45,444 nucleotides of DNA, taken from the sequence record SRR31156797_5597; one strand, given 5' to 3'. The translations under genes were made by a program, and so were the position numbers. Position 1 is the first letter of the stretch. The number at the start of each line of letters is the position of its first letter. Below the pieces are notes generated by a model. That model searched no databases, was not told the origin of the DNA, and worked only from the letters and a program-made list of their open reading frames with translations. Of the stretch, positions 8,840 through 18,217 are shown piece by piece.

Positions 8840-9244
8840 ATGAGTCAATGGTTAATTTTTCTTGCAATCATCCCCCTGTCCAGCTTGCACCTAACAAAGC
8901 ACTTCCAGCTCAAACACAGGTGGTTGATTAATGGTATCGCTTTTGGGCTGGTGGCAGCTCCGGTAAGTCTCGGATTATTACAGATGACTTATATACCGGT
9001 CATCGGCAAATTACTGGGCCTGATAGGGCTTGTTGCCAATCTGACGCACGGATCAGTAGGCTTTTTTTGCCTCCTGGGCAGTGGCGTGCTTGAATTGAAT
9101 TCTGTTATCACCGCTCCTCAGTTAGTTATGATAAATATGGTAAACGCAATTTTGTTTGCCCACTGTTATGGATTGATCGGCTACGCTATTGATAAAAAGA
9201 TGGCAGCAGAAGCAGGTACAGACGGCCACATGATGCCTGTGTAA
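8840..9244 (+). CDS. Hypothetical membrane protein (about 4 TM)
   Basis: 134-aa hydrophobic ORF from ATG 8840 with GGAG RBS, followed by a terminator. Confidence 0.75.
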   Translation: MSQWLIFLAIIPLSSLHLTKHFQLKHRWLINGIAFGLVAAPVSLGLLQMTYIPVIGKLLGLIGLVANLTHGSVGFFCLLGSGVLELNSVITAPQLVMINMVNAILFAHCYGLIGYAIDKKMAAEAGTDGHMMPV

Positions 9245-9277
9245 CAATGATATAATATTCTTCCTCATTCTCTCCTC

Positions 9278-9323
9278 AAGGCAGTTTTACTGATTGTGCC
9301 TGCAACAGTAAAACCGCCTTTTT
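9278..9323 (+). terminator. Intrinsic terminator
   Basis: AAGGCAGTTTTACTG...CAGTAAAACCGCCTT followed by T run. Confidence 0.75.
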
Positions 9324-9634
9324 GCTCATCCTGCAGTAAACGAGTCCTAACTCCCCCATCATAGACCTGAGTTGATAACGTTATGAACAGTTACAGTTCA
9401 AGGTCATTTGTTTATTCGCTGAAGTTACCTATCAACTTTCATCTCTTTTTCCATTACTTCCTCTAATCGCTGCCATACCTGGCAAGGTGACTTTGTACCC
9501 TATGCATTTCCCACTCTCATTCCCACTATATTTCCCTCAATAATAATGTCTTAGAAAGCTTGCCAGAATCAACTCCATGCCTTGCTCCTCTCTTTCTCTT
9601 TAACTGAGTACAACAGGTCCCTATGCAATTTGCA

Positions 9635-9686
9635 ATGATTGCATAGTTGCAATCATCCACTCTAAAAAAGATTGCAGGCCTGCAAT
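9635..9686. promoter_or_regulatory. Two candidate bEBP upstream activator palindromes ATTGCA-N4-TGCAAT
   Basis: ATGATTGCA-TAGT-TGCAATCAT (9635-9656) and ATTGCAGGCCTGCAAT (9671-9686), upstream of a sigma54 promoter. Confidence 0.65.
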
Positions 9687-9737
9687 GCTTTGCAACACAC
9701 CACCCCCCATCTAGTTGATTTTACGCACAATAGAAGA

Positions 9738-9753
9738 TGGCACATGAAATGCA
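9738..9753 (+). promoter_or_regulatory. Putative sigma54 (-24/-12) promoter for the cytochrome locus
   Basis: TGGCACATGAAATGCA closely matches TGGCAC-N5-TTGCA, with GG-N10-GC spacing. Confidence 0.75.
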
Positions 9754-9797
9754 AACTCTAATGTAAGTTTTAGGCATCAGCATGTTGTATTGTGCCT

Positions 9798-10358
9798 TAA
9801 AAATGACAATTACAATGGCCGATGAATGGCAATTAAGATGACCGATTGTATTTGCTGCATATCGGCCAAGAGACATCTTTTGAGAATGGAGGTTTCGCGT
9901 GTCTGGCAAGCCCATCAATTTCGAACAAATTAAACTTTACAAGGAAGCACGCGGCAACGGCAAAACCCAGAAAACAGCTGCTGCCATTGCCGGAATTTCA
10001 GAAAGATCCGGTCGTAGGATTGAAAAACGGGAATTCCATACCATTGACAATAGAAAAAGAGGCTGGAGGACTCACCCAGACTCATTTGCAGAGGTATGGG
10101 TCCAGGAGATTGTACCTCTTTTACAGGAAAACCCGAGGTTAACAGCAAACACCTTGTTTAAACACCTGCAAAATGAGCACCCCGGCAGGTTTTCCGATAA
10201 CAAGCTTCGAACCTTTCAACGCAGGGTAAGCCAGTGGAAGGACCAGTACAACGTATAGCAGGGAAGGCTTATCCTGCAAAGAAGTAATGACAGTTATACA
10301 AAAAATGAAATGCCGGGCACGATAGTTGTCAGCAACCGGACAAGATAACCAACAGAAC
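9798..10358 (+). mobile_element. Internally deleted IS21-family element (mini-IS) with degenerate multiple terminal repeats; boundaries approximate
   Basis: Left end has two 21-bp repeats at 23-bp period (ATGACAATTACAATGGCCGAT 9803-9823; ATGGCAATTAAGATGACCGAT 9826-9846). Right end has inverted copies at the same period (CCGGGCACGATAGTTGTCAG at 10313; CCGGACAAGATAA at 10336). They enclose an IstA N-terminal ORF; no DDE domain and no istB. Confidence 0.75.
9899..10258 (+). CDS. IS21 transposase IstA N-terminal DNA-binding (HTH) domain only
   Basis: TQKTAAAIAGISERSGRRIE...RGWRTHPDSFAEVW..EIVPLL..NP.L...TLF..LQ..HPGRF....LRTFQRRVSQWK is typical of the IstA N-terminus. GGAGG RBS with GTG start. 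Clean stop before the catalytic domain. Confidence 0.85.
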   Translation: MSGKPINFEQIKLYKEARGNGKTQKTAAAIAGISERSGRRIEKREFHTIDNRKRGWRTHPDSFAEVWVQEIVPLLQENPRLTANTLFKHLQNEHPGRFSDNKLRTFQRRVSQWKDQYNV

Positions 10359-10436
10359 TTCAAAAATGCTAAACCTCTTCACTTTATTCACCAGGCTCCC
10401 AACAACAAATGAGAGTCTACCAGGAGAAATTATGCC

Positions 10437-11558
10437 ATGAAAAAAATGACCCGCTGTATGTTGCACTTGGGATGTTCCCTTATGCTTGTATCCTGGCTTC
10501 ACCCTACCCCCCTCAGGGCGACTGAAAATGCAGAATGTTTTGAGTGTCATTCCGATGAGACCCTTACCAAGGAAAGTACAGACAACATCCTGCAGACTGA
10601 AATGACAGAATCCATGTATGTGGACGAAGAAGAGTTTGAACATTCTATCCATAATATAAACGGCATAACCTGTGTTGATTGTCACACTGGCATTGAAGAA
10701 CTCAACTGGGATGAGGAGGTTCCTCATAAAGCGGATTTAGATCCTGTGTTATGTGCCGAGTGTCACGAAGAGTCTGGAGCAGAGTTTCAAAACAGTGTGC
10801 ATATGAAAATCCGAAAAAAAGGTGTGACAATGCAATGTTACGCCTGCCATGACTATCATTATGTCAAACCAATGGAAGGGATTCAGGTCGCCGAAAGGAC
10901 AAACAGTAACTGTTTAAAATGCCATAATCCCAATCTTTCACACGACTGGTTACCAGCAGGTGATTCGCACTTTGCGTTTGTGGAATGTGTTGTCTGTCAT
11001 GCTCCTGAAGTGCCGAAATACATTAACCTCCGCTTTTATGATCTTGTTACCGATAAATTTTATGACGGTGATCAACTCTTGGATATCCTTGGCCTTACCA
11101 GGGAAAATTTCATGGATACCATCGACAAAAACAGCAACAAAATTATTGATAGCGATGAGCTTGACGACCTGGTTTTTATGCTCAAGCAGAACAATATTCA
11201 CACCCTTATGCGTGCAGAACTTGTTGCCGACATAAACCCAATAGCCCACCAGATAAACAGAAATGCGGCACAAAAGGACTGCGAAAAATGTCACTCAGGC
11301 GACTCTCCTTACTTCAACGAAGTATCCATGCTCCTGACACATAATGACGGTACAGTAGAAAGGTATACAATTGATCGTTCGGTGCTTGAAAGCTACCATG
11401 TAAGCCATTTCTACCTTCTTGGCGGCACCAAAATAAAGATGCTGGACAAAATAGGCATTCTTATTCTTAGTGGCGGTATCCTTGGTGCATTTGGTCATTT
11501 CTGCGGAAGAATTTTGACAGTCAGGCTCCGCAGAAGACGCAAAGAGCCACAACATTAA
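10437..11558 (+). CDS. cbcA: Membrane-anchored heptaheme cytochrome c, CbcA-like
   Basis: Signal peptide; seven CxxCH (CFECH, CVDCH, CAECH, CYACH, CLKCH, CVVCH, CEKCH); EF-hand-like loop DKNSNKIIDSDE; C-terminal TM helix with His; adjacent to a cytochrome b. Confidence 0.85.
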   Translation: MKKMTRCMLHLGCSLMLVSWLHPTPLRATENAECFECHSDETLTKESTDNILQTEMTESMYVDEEEFEHSIHNINGITCVDCHTGIEELNWDEEVPHKADLDPVLCAECHEESGAEFQNSVHMKIRKKGVTMQCYACHDYHYVKPMEGIQVAERTNSNCLKCHNPNLSHDWLPAGDSHFAFVECVVCHAPEVPKYINLRFYDLVTDKFYDGDQLLDILGLTRENFMDTIDKNSNKIIDSDELDDLVFMLKQNNIHTLMRAELVADINPIAHQINRNAAQKDCEKCHSGDSPYFNEVSMLLTHNDGTVERYTIDRSVLESYHVSHFYLLGGTKIKMLDKIGILILSGGILGAFGHFCGRILTVRLRRRRKEPQH

Positions 11559-11595
11559 TTTTCTATTCTATTTTCATATATAAGGAGATTTCTCA

Positions 11596-12219
11596 ATGAA
11601 TCATCAAAAGCTCATATACATTCACCCTGTTCCAGTCAGAGTTTGGCACTGGATAAACGCAGTATGCTTTATAGTCTTGATTGTTACCGGTTTCCAGATC
11701 AGGTATGCGGAAACATGGGACTTCATGACTCTCAGTAGTGCGATCGCGGTACACAACTATTTGGGATTTTTAGTTATTGCCAACTATTTTATCTGGTTTG
11801 CGTACTACCTCGGCACCGGAAAGGTTAAAATATATATCCCAGACCTCCGTAATGTCGTCAAATTGGCACTGAAGCAGGCACAATATTACGGTTACGGATT
11901 CTTTGTCGGCAAAGTCAATCCCCATGAGATGACACCAGATAACAAATTCAATGCTCTTCAGCAGCAAGCATATCTTGTCATTATGATGGTACTCCTCCCG
12001 GCACAGATGATCTCCGGGCTTTTCTTGTGGAAGGTGAAAGGGTACGAAGAATATATTATGTTATTGGGTGGAATAAAAATTATCGACACCATCCATGTCC
12101 TGATATTTTTCTTCTTCACTTCATTCATATTTATCCACTGTTATCTAGCTACCCTAGGGCACACGCCATTGGCCCACTTTAAAGAAATGATTACCGGCTA
12201 CGAGAAACATCACGATTAG
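11596..12219 (+). CDS. cbcB: Di-heme cytochrome b subunit (Ni_hydr_CYTB family), CbcB-like
   Basis: RVWHWINA, VHNYLG, KFNALQQ, TIHV, FIHCY: four TM helices with heme-ligand His residues. Confidence 0.88.
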   Translation: MNHQKLIYIHPVPVRVWHWINAVCFIVLIVTGFQIRYAETWDFMTLSSAIAVHNYLGFLVIANYFIWFAYYLGTGKVKIYIPDLRNVVKLALKQAQYYGYGFFVGKVNPHEMTPDNKFNALQQQAYLVIMMVLLPAQMISGLFLWKVKGYEEYIMLLGGIKIIDTIHVLIFFFFTSFIFIHCYLATLGHTPLAHFKEMITGYEKHHD

Positions 12220-12683
12220 CCGGATTTTTGGGCCGGTTTAGCCCGGGGTGGAAGCACCCTATGAGAGTATTACTGATGCCTGTAACCAATGGCTCATCTT
12301 AATGTGTGTATCCGTGAGGCTATCGGGTTGACAATTTAGAATCCAAGCAAAGTATTGGTTCCAGTCGTAACTTTATACATTGGACTACCCATATTTGCCT
12401 GCAAACATGGAACTTGAACTTTTTTTCAGCTAATACTGTTACGTCACTTGTATTGACGACACCTAGCAATACCGGGTATCTTCGTTGGAGACTTTTTCTA
12501 TCCAGGAAGCCCGGTACGACCCTCTTAGTCGTTGTGGGTAATCCAGGGGAATGGAACAGTATGGTTTTTTCACAAAAAATGGAACCCTGCTTACATGCCC
12601 GTATCATCATATTTAACCAGATGATATGATGGTGACAGGCACAGAATCAACATGGTTACAGGTTCCCCACCAAGGTATTTCTC

Positions 12684-14255
12684 ATGCAGAAAAGTAAATA
12701 CCCAAATGCAGTTTCACCTAAAAAGGATGCTCATGACAAAGTGACTTCCACCAAGAAGCAAAAAAACAAGAGTGGCAAACAGAGCCCCCTCACGGCTGGC
12801 AAAACGGCTTCTGACCAATCCAGGGACATTACAAAATCAGCCTGCCCCGGTTCTTGCCTCAGTCATTTACCAGATAATAATAACACCTTTAGCACATGCA
12901 TCCTGGAATCCATTGCAGACGGAGCTTTTACTGTTAACCATAACTTCGAAATTACCTCTTTTAACCGGGCTGCAGAAATAATTACCGGCTTTAAGCGAGA
13001 AGAAGCTATCGGCACCAAGTGCTTTAACCTGTTTGGAGCCAACATCTCCAAACCTGACTGCCCGCTCAAAAAATCAATTGAGACCGGTACGGAAATGGTT
13101 AATCAAAAATCAATTATCAAAGACATTCACGGTGATGATTTAAAAATTGCCATCAACACGTCTGTGCTCAGAGATGGCGATCAAGTTGTTATTGGCGGTG
13201 TTGAAACATTTCGCAATGTCTCCAGCCTTGGCAATGTACGAAAGAACATTCCGCAAAAATACAACTTCCATAACATTATTAGTAAAAACAAGAGAATCCA
13301 AAAAATTTTCTCAACTCTGCCAACAATAGCAAACAGTACTAGCACGGTACTCATTGAAGGTGAAAGCGGATCTGGCAAAGAGCTTTTCGCCCGCGCTATC
13401 CATACCCTTAGCTCAAGAAAAGGGCCTTTTGTAGCCATTAACTGCGCAGCTCTTCCCGACTCACTGTTGGAATCTGAATTGTTCGGCTATAAAAAAGGGG
13501 CATTTACCGGTGCTGCAAAAGATAAGCTTGGCCGCTTTGCAATGGCAGAAAATGGCACCCTCTTCCTTGATGAAATCGGTGATATCTCCCCTGCCCTGCA
13601 GGCAAAGTTGTTACGTGTACTCCAAGAAAAAGAATATGAACCCCTTGGCGGTACATGCACCCTAAAGGCAAAGGTACGAACCATTGCCGCCACCAACAAA
13701 AAACTGAAAGAACAGGTTACCAAGGGTACCTTTCGCAGTGATCTCTTTTTTCGCCTCAATGTTATCAATATTGCATTGCCTCCCTTTTGTAAACGTCGTG
13801 AAGACCTACCGTTGCTAGTTCAGCATTTTATAGACAAATTCAGGGACTCCCAAAAAAAGAACATCCAGTCGGCCACCCCTACTGTACTAAAAGTCCTCAT
13901 GCAGTATGATTTTCCAGGTAATATCAGAGAGCTTGAGAATATTATCGAACATTGTTTTGTCATGTGCCAGGACTCGGTTATCGATGTGAGCTGCTTACCG
14001 GAAGAAATTATTAAGTCCACGTTACACTCCTGCAAAGCAGAAGAGACTGAAGCAAATCCCCTTTCAAATGCAGAAGCCAGCGCCATATGGGCAGCACTCC
14101 ACAAATTTAACGGACACAGAGGGAAAACAGCGGCGCACCTGGACATAGACAAAACAACACTCTGGCGAAAAATGAAAAAATATTCGATTCAGTATGCGGT
14201 GAAAAAGAAATACCCTAATGGACACGATGATAAAGAACATGAGCTCAGACTATGA
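12684..14255 (+). CDS. Sigma54-dependent enhancer-binding protein (PAS-AAA+-Fis HTH), BccR-like position
   Basis: PAS region (FNRAAEIITGF), GESGSGKE Walker A, ESELFG, GAFTGA, FLDEIG, FRSDLFFRLNV, FPGNIRELEN, C-terminal HTH (TTLWRKMK). Confidence 0.95.
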   Translation: MQKSKYPNAVSPKKDAHDKVTSTKKQKNKSGKQSPLTAGKTASDQSRDITKSACPGSCLSHLPDNNNTFSTCILESIADGAFTVNHNFEITSFNRAAEIITGFKREEAIGTKCFNLFGANISKPDCPLKKSIETGTEMVNQKSIIKDIHGDDLKIAINTSVLRDGDQVVIGGVETFRNVSSLGNVRKNIPQKYNFHNIISKNKRIQKIFSTLPTIANSTSTVLIEGESGSGKELFARAIHTLSSRKGPFVAINCAALPDSLLESELFGYKKGAFTGAAKDKLGRFAMAENGTLFLDEIGDISPALQAKLLRVLQEKEYEPLGGTCTLKAKVRTIAATNKKLKEQVTKGTFRSDLFFRLNVINIALPPFCKRREDLPLLVQHFIDKFRDSQKKNIQSATPTVLKVLMQYDFPGNIRELENIIEHCFVMCQDSVIDVSCLPEEIIKSTLHSCKAEETEANPLSNAEASAIWAALHKFNGHRGKTAAHLDIDKTTLWRKMKKYSIQYAVKKKYPNGHDDKEHELRL

Positions 14256-14498
14256 GTTCGTGTTAAACGATCGTCACCTCTTTCCAGCACGTTCAACTGC
14301 TTAAAGCGAGGCGATCAACAAACACAAATTAACTGGACAAATCCAGGCTATCCTGTACAAACACCCATAGCCGAGAGCTATTGATGCTAACAGTGCCTAA
14401 AACAGTATTTATAGAATGAGACTACAGCATTGGATCCTTCTCTCTTTTACCCTTAACGCACTGACTACTAACTACTGATACAACATAAGGAAAATATT

Positions 14499-15065
14499 TT
14501 GAAAATACTTACACTACAGGGTGGTGCCAGAAAAAAAGGCAACACAGCAACGATACTAGGTTGGGTTGTCTCCGAGTTAAACTCCATGGGACACGAAATC
14601 ACTTCTGTAACACTACACGACAAAACTATAAAAGGCTGTCTTGCATGCGGCCAGTGTAAAAAAGTAGCAGATAAAATTAACTGCATCCAGGAAGATGAAA
14701 CCTGGCCAATTCTAGACGAAATGGTCGCCGCTGACTTGGTTATATTCACCTCCCCCCTTTATTTCTGGGGTGTTGCCGGACCACTCAAATTATTTATCGA
14801 CCGAACCTACAGCCTTTACACAGGCTATCATCAGCCCGAACATGCTTCACTTGTTGACGGACAGCGGCAAGCATTGCTGATGACCGGGGGCGGACCATAC
14901 GAAAATAACGCCGAACCTGTGTTTGAAGCTTTTCGGAAATTACAGGATCCGCATAAGGCGACCAATGCTGGGGAATTATACATTGGCTCCTGCACAACAC
15001 CTGAAAATATTGATAGCAAAGCAAAAGAACAGGCCATAGCCTTTGCTCATAAGATCGTAAGCTAA
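14499..15065 (+). CDS. Flavodoxin-family / iron-sulfur flavoprotein (FMN_red)
   Basis: GGARKKGNT, CLACGQC...C, SPLYFW motifs; TTG start with AAGGA RBS. Confidence 0.9.
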   Translation: MKILTLQGGARKKGNTATILGWVVSELNSMGHEITSVTLHDKTIKGCLACGQCKKVADKINCIQEDETWPILDEMVAADLVIFTSPLYFWGVAGPLKLFIDRTYSLYTGYHQPEHASLVDGQRQALLMTGGGPYENNAEPVFEAFRKLQDPHKATNAGELYIGSCTTPENIDSKAKEQAIAFAHKIVS

Positions 15066-15083
15066 CTCTTTTCGATGCCACAC

Positions 15084-15122
15084 TTACCTGCATCTCTTGC
15101 TCCAGGTAAGAGATGCAGGTAA
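15084..15122. terminator. Strong hairpin downstream of the flavoprotein gene
   Basis: TTACCTGCATCTCTT / AAGAGATGCAGGTAA 15-bp perfect stem; no clear U-tract. Confidence 0.5.
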
Positions 15123-15207
15123 CCTCCCCGCTGCTTTCCCCAAGCCTTCTCGCACTCTTTCCACACTAGTATTTTGTATTATTGACCCCACCATAATTTT
15201 TCCGAAA

Positions 15208-15309
15208 AAAAAATTGGTATGGTGGTATTAACAATAAGAAAAACTTATAACATTTCGTTATTTATTAAAAAATAATCAAACATAAACACTAACAGCATAC
15301 CAATTTTTT
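15208..15309. promoter_or_regulatory. Pair of inverted candidate GntR/FadR (LldR-like) operator sites upstream of dld
   Basis: AAAAAATTGGTATG (15208-15221) and its exact reverse complement CATACCAATTTTTT (15296-15309). TGGT/ACCA cores are typical of FadR-subfamily sites. Confidence 0.5.
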
Positions 15310-15391
15310 ACTTTAAACTTCTTTTTGCTAGATTTTTCCAACTCACAGCATTAGTATATTAAGAACTATTCCTAAAATAAACGAGGGTTCT

Positions 15392-18217
15392 ATGCTGCCG
15401 GGTAATTACAAAATTTTCCATGACAAAATTAAAAAGACTCTTCCAAAGGAAAATATTATCACCGACCCCTTACAAACTATCATTTTTGGGACAGACGCTA
15501 GCTTCTATAGGCTAATTCCGAAAATTGTGATCAATGTAGAGCAAGAAAAAGAAGTCCAACTCATTCTTCGCGAGGCCAAGAAACTAAAACTGCCTGTCAC
15601 CTTCAGAGCTGCTGGCACCAGCCTATCAGGACAGGCAATCTCTGACTCCATCCTTGTCAGATTAGGGAAAGGATGGGATAAATATCGAGTTTTTGATACT
15701 GCTCAAAAAATCCAACTTCAACCAGGTATAATTGGCAGCCAAGCAAACAGAATCCTGGCAGAGTTCGGTAAAAAAATTGGACCTGATCCGGCATCAATCG
15801 ACAGTGCAAAAATTGGCGGTATCTTGGCTAATAACGCCAGCGGCATGTGCTGTGGCGTAGAAGAAAATAGTTATCAAACCCTTGATAGCATGAGCATTAT
15901 TCTTTCTGACGGCACCGTAGTAGACACTGCTGATGACAAAAGTAAGGCAGCATTTTGCCGGAGCCACAGTAAAATACTGGATCAACTTTCCGAGCTGCGA
16001 CAGAGGGTGTTGAATGATCAAGAACTGACAGAACGCATTCGTTATAAATTTAAAATTAAAAACACCACTGGATACAGCCTTAACTCACTGATCGACTTCT
16101 CAGATCCTTTTGACATTATGCAGCATTTGATGATTGGATCAGAGGGGACCTTGGGATTTATTGCTGACGTTGTCTACAAAACCGTGGTTGAACATGCGCA
16201 TAAAGCCAGCACGCTAATCATGTACCCTGATGTTAAAACCGCATGCCAGGCAATTCCAATCCTGCAAGGTCAGCCTGTATCAGCAGCCGAACTCATGGAC
16301 AGGGCTGGGCTCACATCAGTAACAGGTAAACCCGGCATGCCTGATTATCTCGCGGACTTAGGCCCCACAGTAACAGCATTACTGGTGGAGACTAGGGCTG
16401 AATCAAAAGAAGTGCTTGATGCCCAGATCAATCAAATAATTGGCGCCATTCAGGACCTGAAAACAGTCCTCCCCACCGTTTTTACCGATATACCAGAAGA
16501 ATTCAACACGCTGTGGACAATTCGTAAAGGGCTTTTCCCTGCAGTCGGCGCAGTTCGGGAGACCGGAACCACCGTTATTATTGAAGATGTCGCCTTCCCT
16601 GGAAAACACCTTGCTGATGCAGCACTTGATCTCCAAGACCTGTTTCATAAATATCGTTACAATGAAGCCATCATCTTTGGACATGCCCTTGATGGCAATC
16701 TTCACTTTGTGTTTACACAGGATTTTTCCATTGAAAAAGAAGTTATACGCTACCGCCAGTTCATGGACGAAGTTGTCGAGATGGTTGTGGAGAAATATGA
16801 CGGCTCGCTCAAGGCTGAGCACGGTACAGGAAGAAACATGGCTCCCTTTGTTGAAAAGGAATGGGGCGAAGCTGCTTTCACGTTGATGAAGGACATCAAA
16901 CAGATATTTGACCCGGAAGGTCTTCTCAATCCAGGGGTGATCCTAAACGATGATCTGGAGACACATATTAAAAACCTGAAACCCTTGCCTGCTACCAACG
17001 AACTAGTAGACAAGTGCATTGAGTGTGGATTTTGCGAACCAATCTGTCCGTCACGAAACATCACTTTTACCCCGCGTCAACGCATTGCCGGACGCCGGGA
17101 GATAAGTCGGCAAATGGCAGCAAATGAAAATCCTGCGAAAATAAACAAGCTCGTCAAACGGTATAAGTATCCTGGAAAAGATACTTGCGCAGCCGACAGT
17201 CTCTGTTCCACCAGGTGTCCGGTTGGTATTGACACCGGTAAAATGGTTAAAGCCCTGCGTAGTGAAGCCAACGGGCCTCTGGCAGAAAAGGTTGCCAACT
17301 GGGTTGCTAATAATTTTGCCATTGTTACAAAAGGGATAGATACGACTCTAGCTGGTGCAGATGCTCTCCATAAGATCACAGGTACCGAGTTCATGGATGT
17401 CGTTGCCCGTGCTACAAGGAAAGGAACGTTTGACACCATTCCATTATGGAACAAAGAAATGCCAACGGGTTCGCCTCAGCTCAAACAGGAAAAAATTGAT
17501 CCTGATAACTCACTGAAGGTGGTCTACTTCCCTAGCTGCGCCAGTCGCTCCATGGGTGGACCGGCACGCGAAGAAAAAAAACGGGAAGCATTACCCCAGC
17601 AAACCGCTTCTCTTTTGAAAAAGGCTGGCTACAGCATTCTTTATCCTGAGAAAATGAACAGGCTCTGCTGCGGACAGGCATTTGAGAGTAAGGGTTTTAT
17701 GGATCAGGCCGATCTTAAAGCAGAAGAACTCGATCAGGCACTGCTTACAGCCAGCAAAAATGGGGAAATCCCAATCTTGTGCGACACCAGCCCATGCCTG
17801 ATGCGGATGCGTAACACCTTAGACAAACGGCTGCAGCTCTTTGAGCCCATTGAATTTGTACTTACCTTTCTTATGGATAAGTTAAAATTTACCCGCAAAG
17901 ATGTGAAGGTTGCGATCCACCCGACCTGCAGTACCCGTAAGATGGGACTGGAAAACCAACTTAAGGAACTGGCCAACAAATGTGCGGCCACGGTTGTCTG
18001 GCCGGAAGACATCAATTGTTGCGGATTTGCAGGTGACCGTGGATTTAATTTTCCGGAATTAAATAAATCAGCCCTGGATGGACTAAAGGACCAAGTCTGT
18101 GAGTGTGATGAAGGATACTCAACCAGCAAGACGTGCGAGATAGGGCTTTCCCTACACGGCGAGATACCCTATCGCTCTATTCTATACCTGGTAGACGAAG
18201 TAACTGAAGCTGTCTAG
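15392..18217 (+). CDS. dld: FAD- and Fe-S-binding D-lactate dehydrogenase (Dld-II type)
   Basis: DASFYRLIP, FRAAGTSLSGQA, GPDPAS, GSEGTLG, FGHALDGNLHF, KAEHGTG, CIECGFCEPICP, CCG domains. Confidence 0.92.
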   Translation: MLPGNYKIFHDKIKKTLPKENIITDPLQTIIFGTDASFYRLIPKIVINVEQEKEVQLILREAKKLKLPVTFRAAGTSLSGQAISDSILVRLGKGWDKYRVFDTAQKIQLQPGIIGSQANRILAEFGKKIGPDPASIDSAKIGGILANNASGMCCGVEENSYQTLDSMSIILSDGTVVDTADDKSKAAFCRSHSKILDQLSELRQRVLNDQELTERIRYKFKIKNTTGYSLNSLIDFSDPFDIMQHLMIGSEGTLGFIADVVYKTVVEHAHKASTLIMYPDVKTACQAIPILQGQPVSAAELMDRAGLTSVTGKPGMPDYLADLGPTVTALLVETRAESKEVLDAQINQIIGAIQDLKTVLPTVFTDIPEEFNTLWTIRKGLFPAVGAVRETGTTVIIEDVAFPGKHLADAALDLQDLFHKYRYNEAIIFGHALDGNLHFVFTQDFSIEKEVIRYRQFMDEVVEMVVEKYDGSLKAEHGTGRNMAPFVEKEWGEAAFTLMKDIKQIFDPEGLLNPGVILNDDLETHIKNLKPLPATNELVDKCIECGFCEPICPSRNITFTPRQRIAGRREISRQMAANENPAKINKLVKRYKYPGKDTCAADSLCSTRCPVGIDTGKMVKALRSEANGPLAEKVANWVANNFAIVTKGIDTTLAGADALHKITGTEFMDVVARATRKGTFDTIPLWNKEMPTGSPQLKQEKIDPDNSLKVVYFPSCASRSMGGPAREEKKREALPQQTASLLKKAGYSILYPEKMNRLCCGQAFESKGFMDQADLKAEELDQALLTASKNGEIPILCDTSPCLMRMRNTLDKRLQLFEPIEFVLTFLMDKLKFTRKDVKVAIHPTCSTRKMGLENQLKELANKCAATVVWPEDINCCGFAGDRGFNFPELNKSALDGLKDQVCECDEGYSTSKTCEIGLSLHGEIPYRSILYLVDEVTEAV

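Noticed and set aside
9803-9846. Tandem 21-bp repeats as a mini CRISPR array or iterons
   Set aside because: Only 2-bp spacing, no cas or rep genes, and inverted counterparts at 10313-10355 flanking an IstA fragment identify them as IS21 ends.
12262-12629. Possible degraded ORF between cbcB and the bEBP
   Set aside because: Short interrupted frames with no recognisable motif; cannot support a call without a database search.
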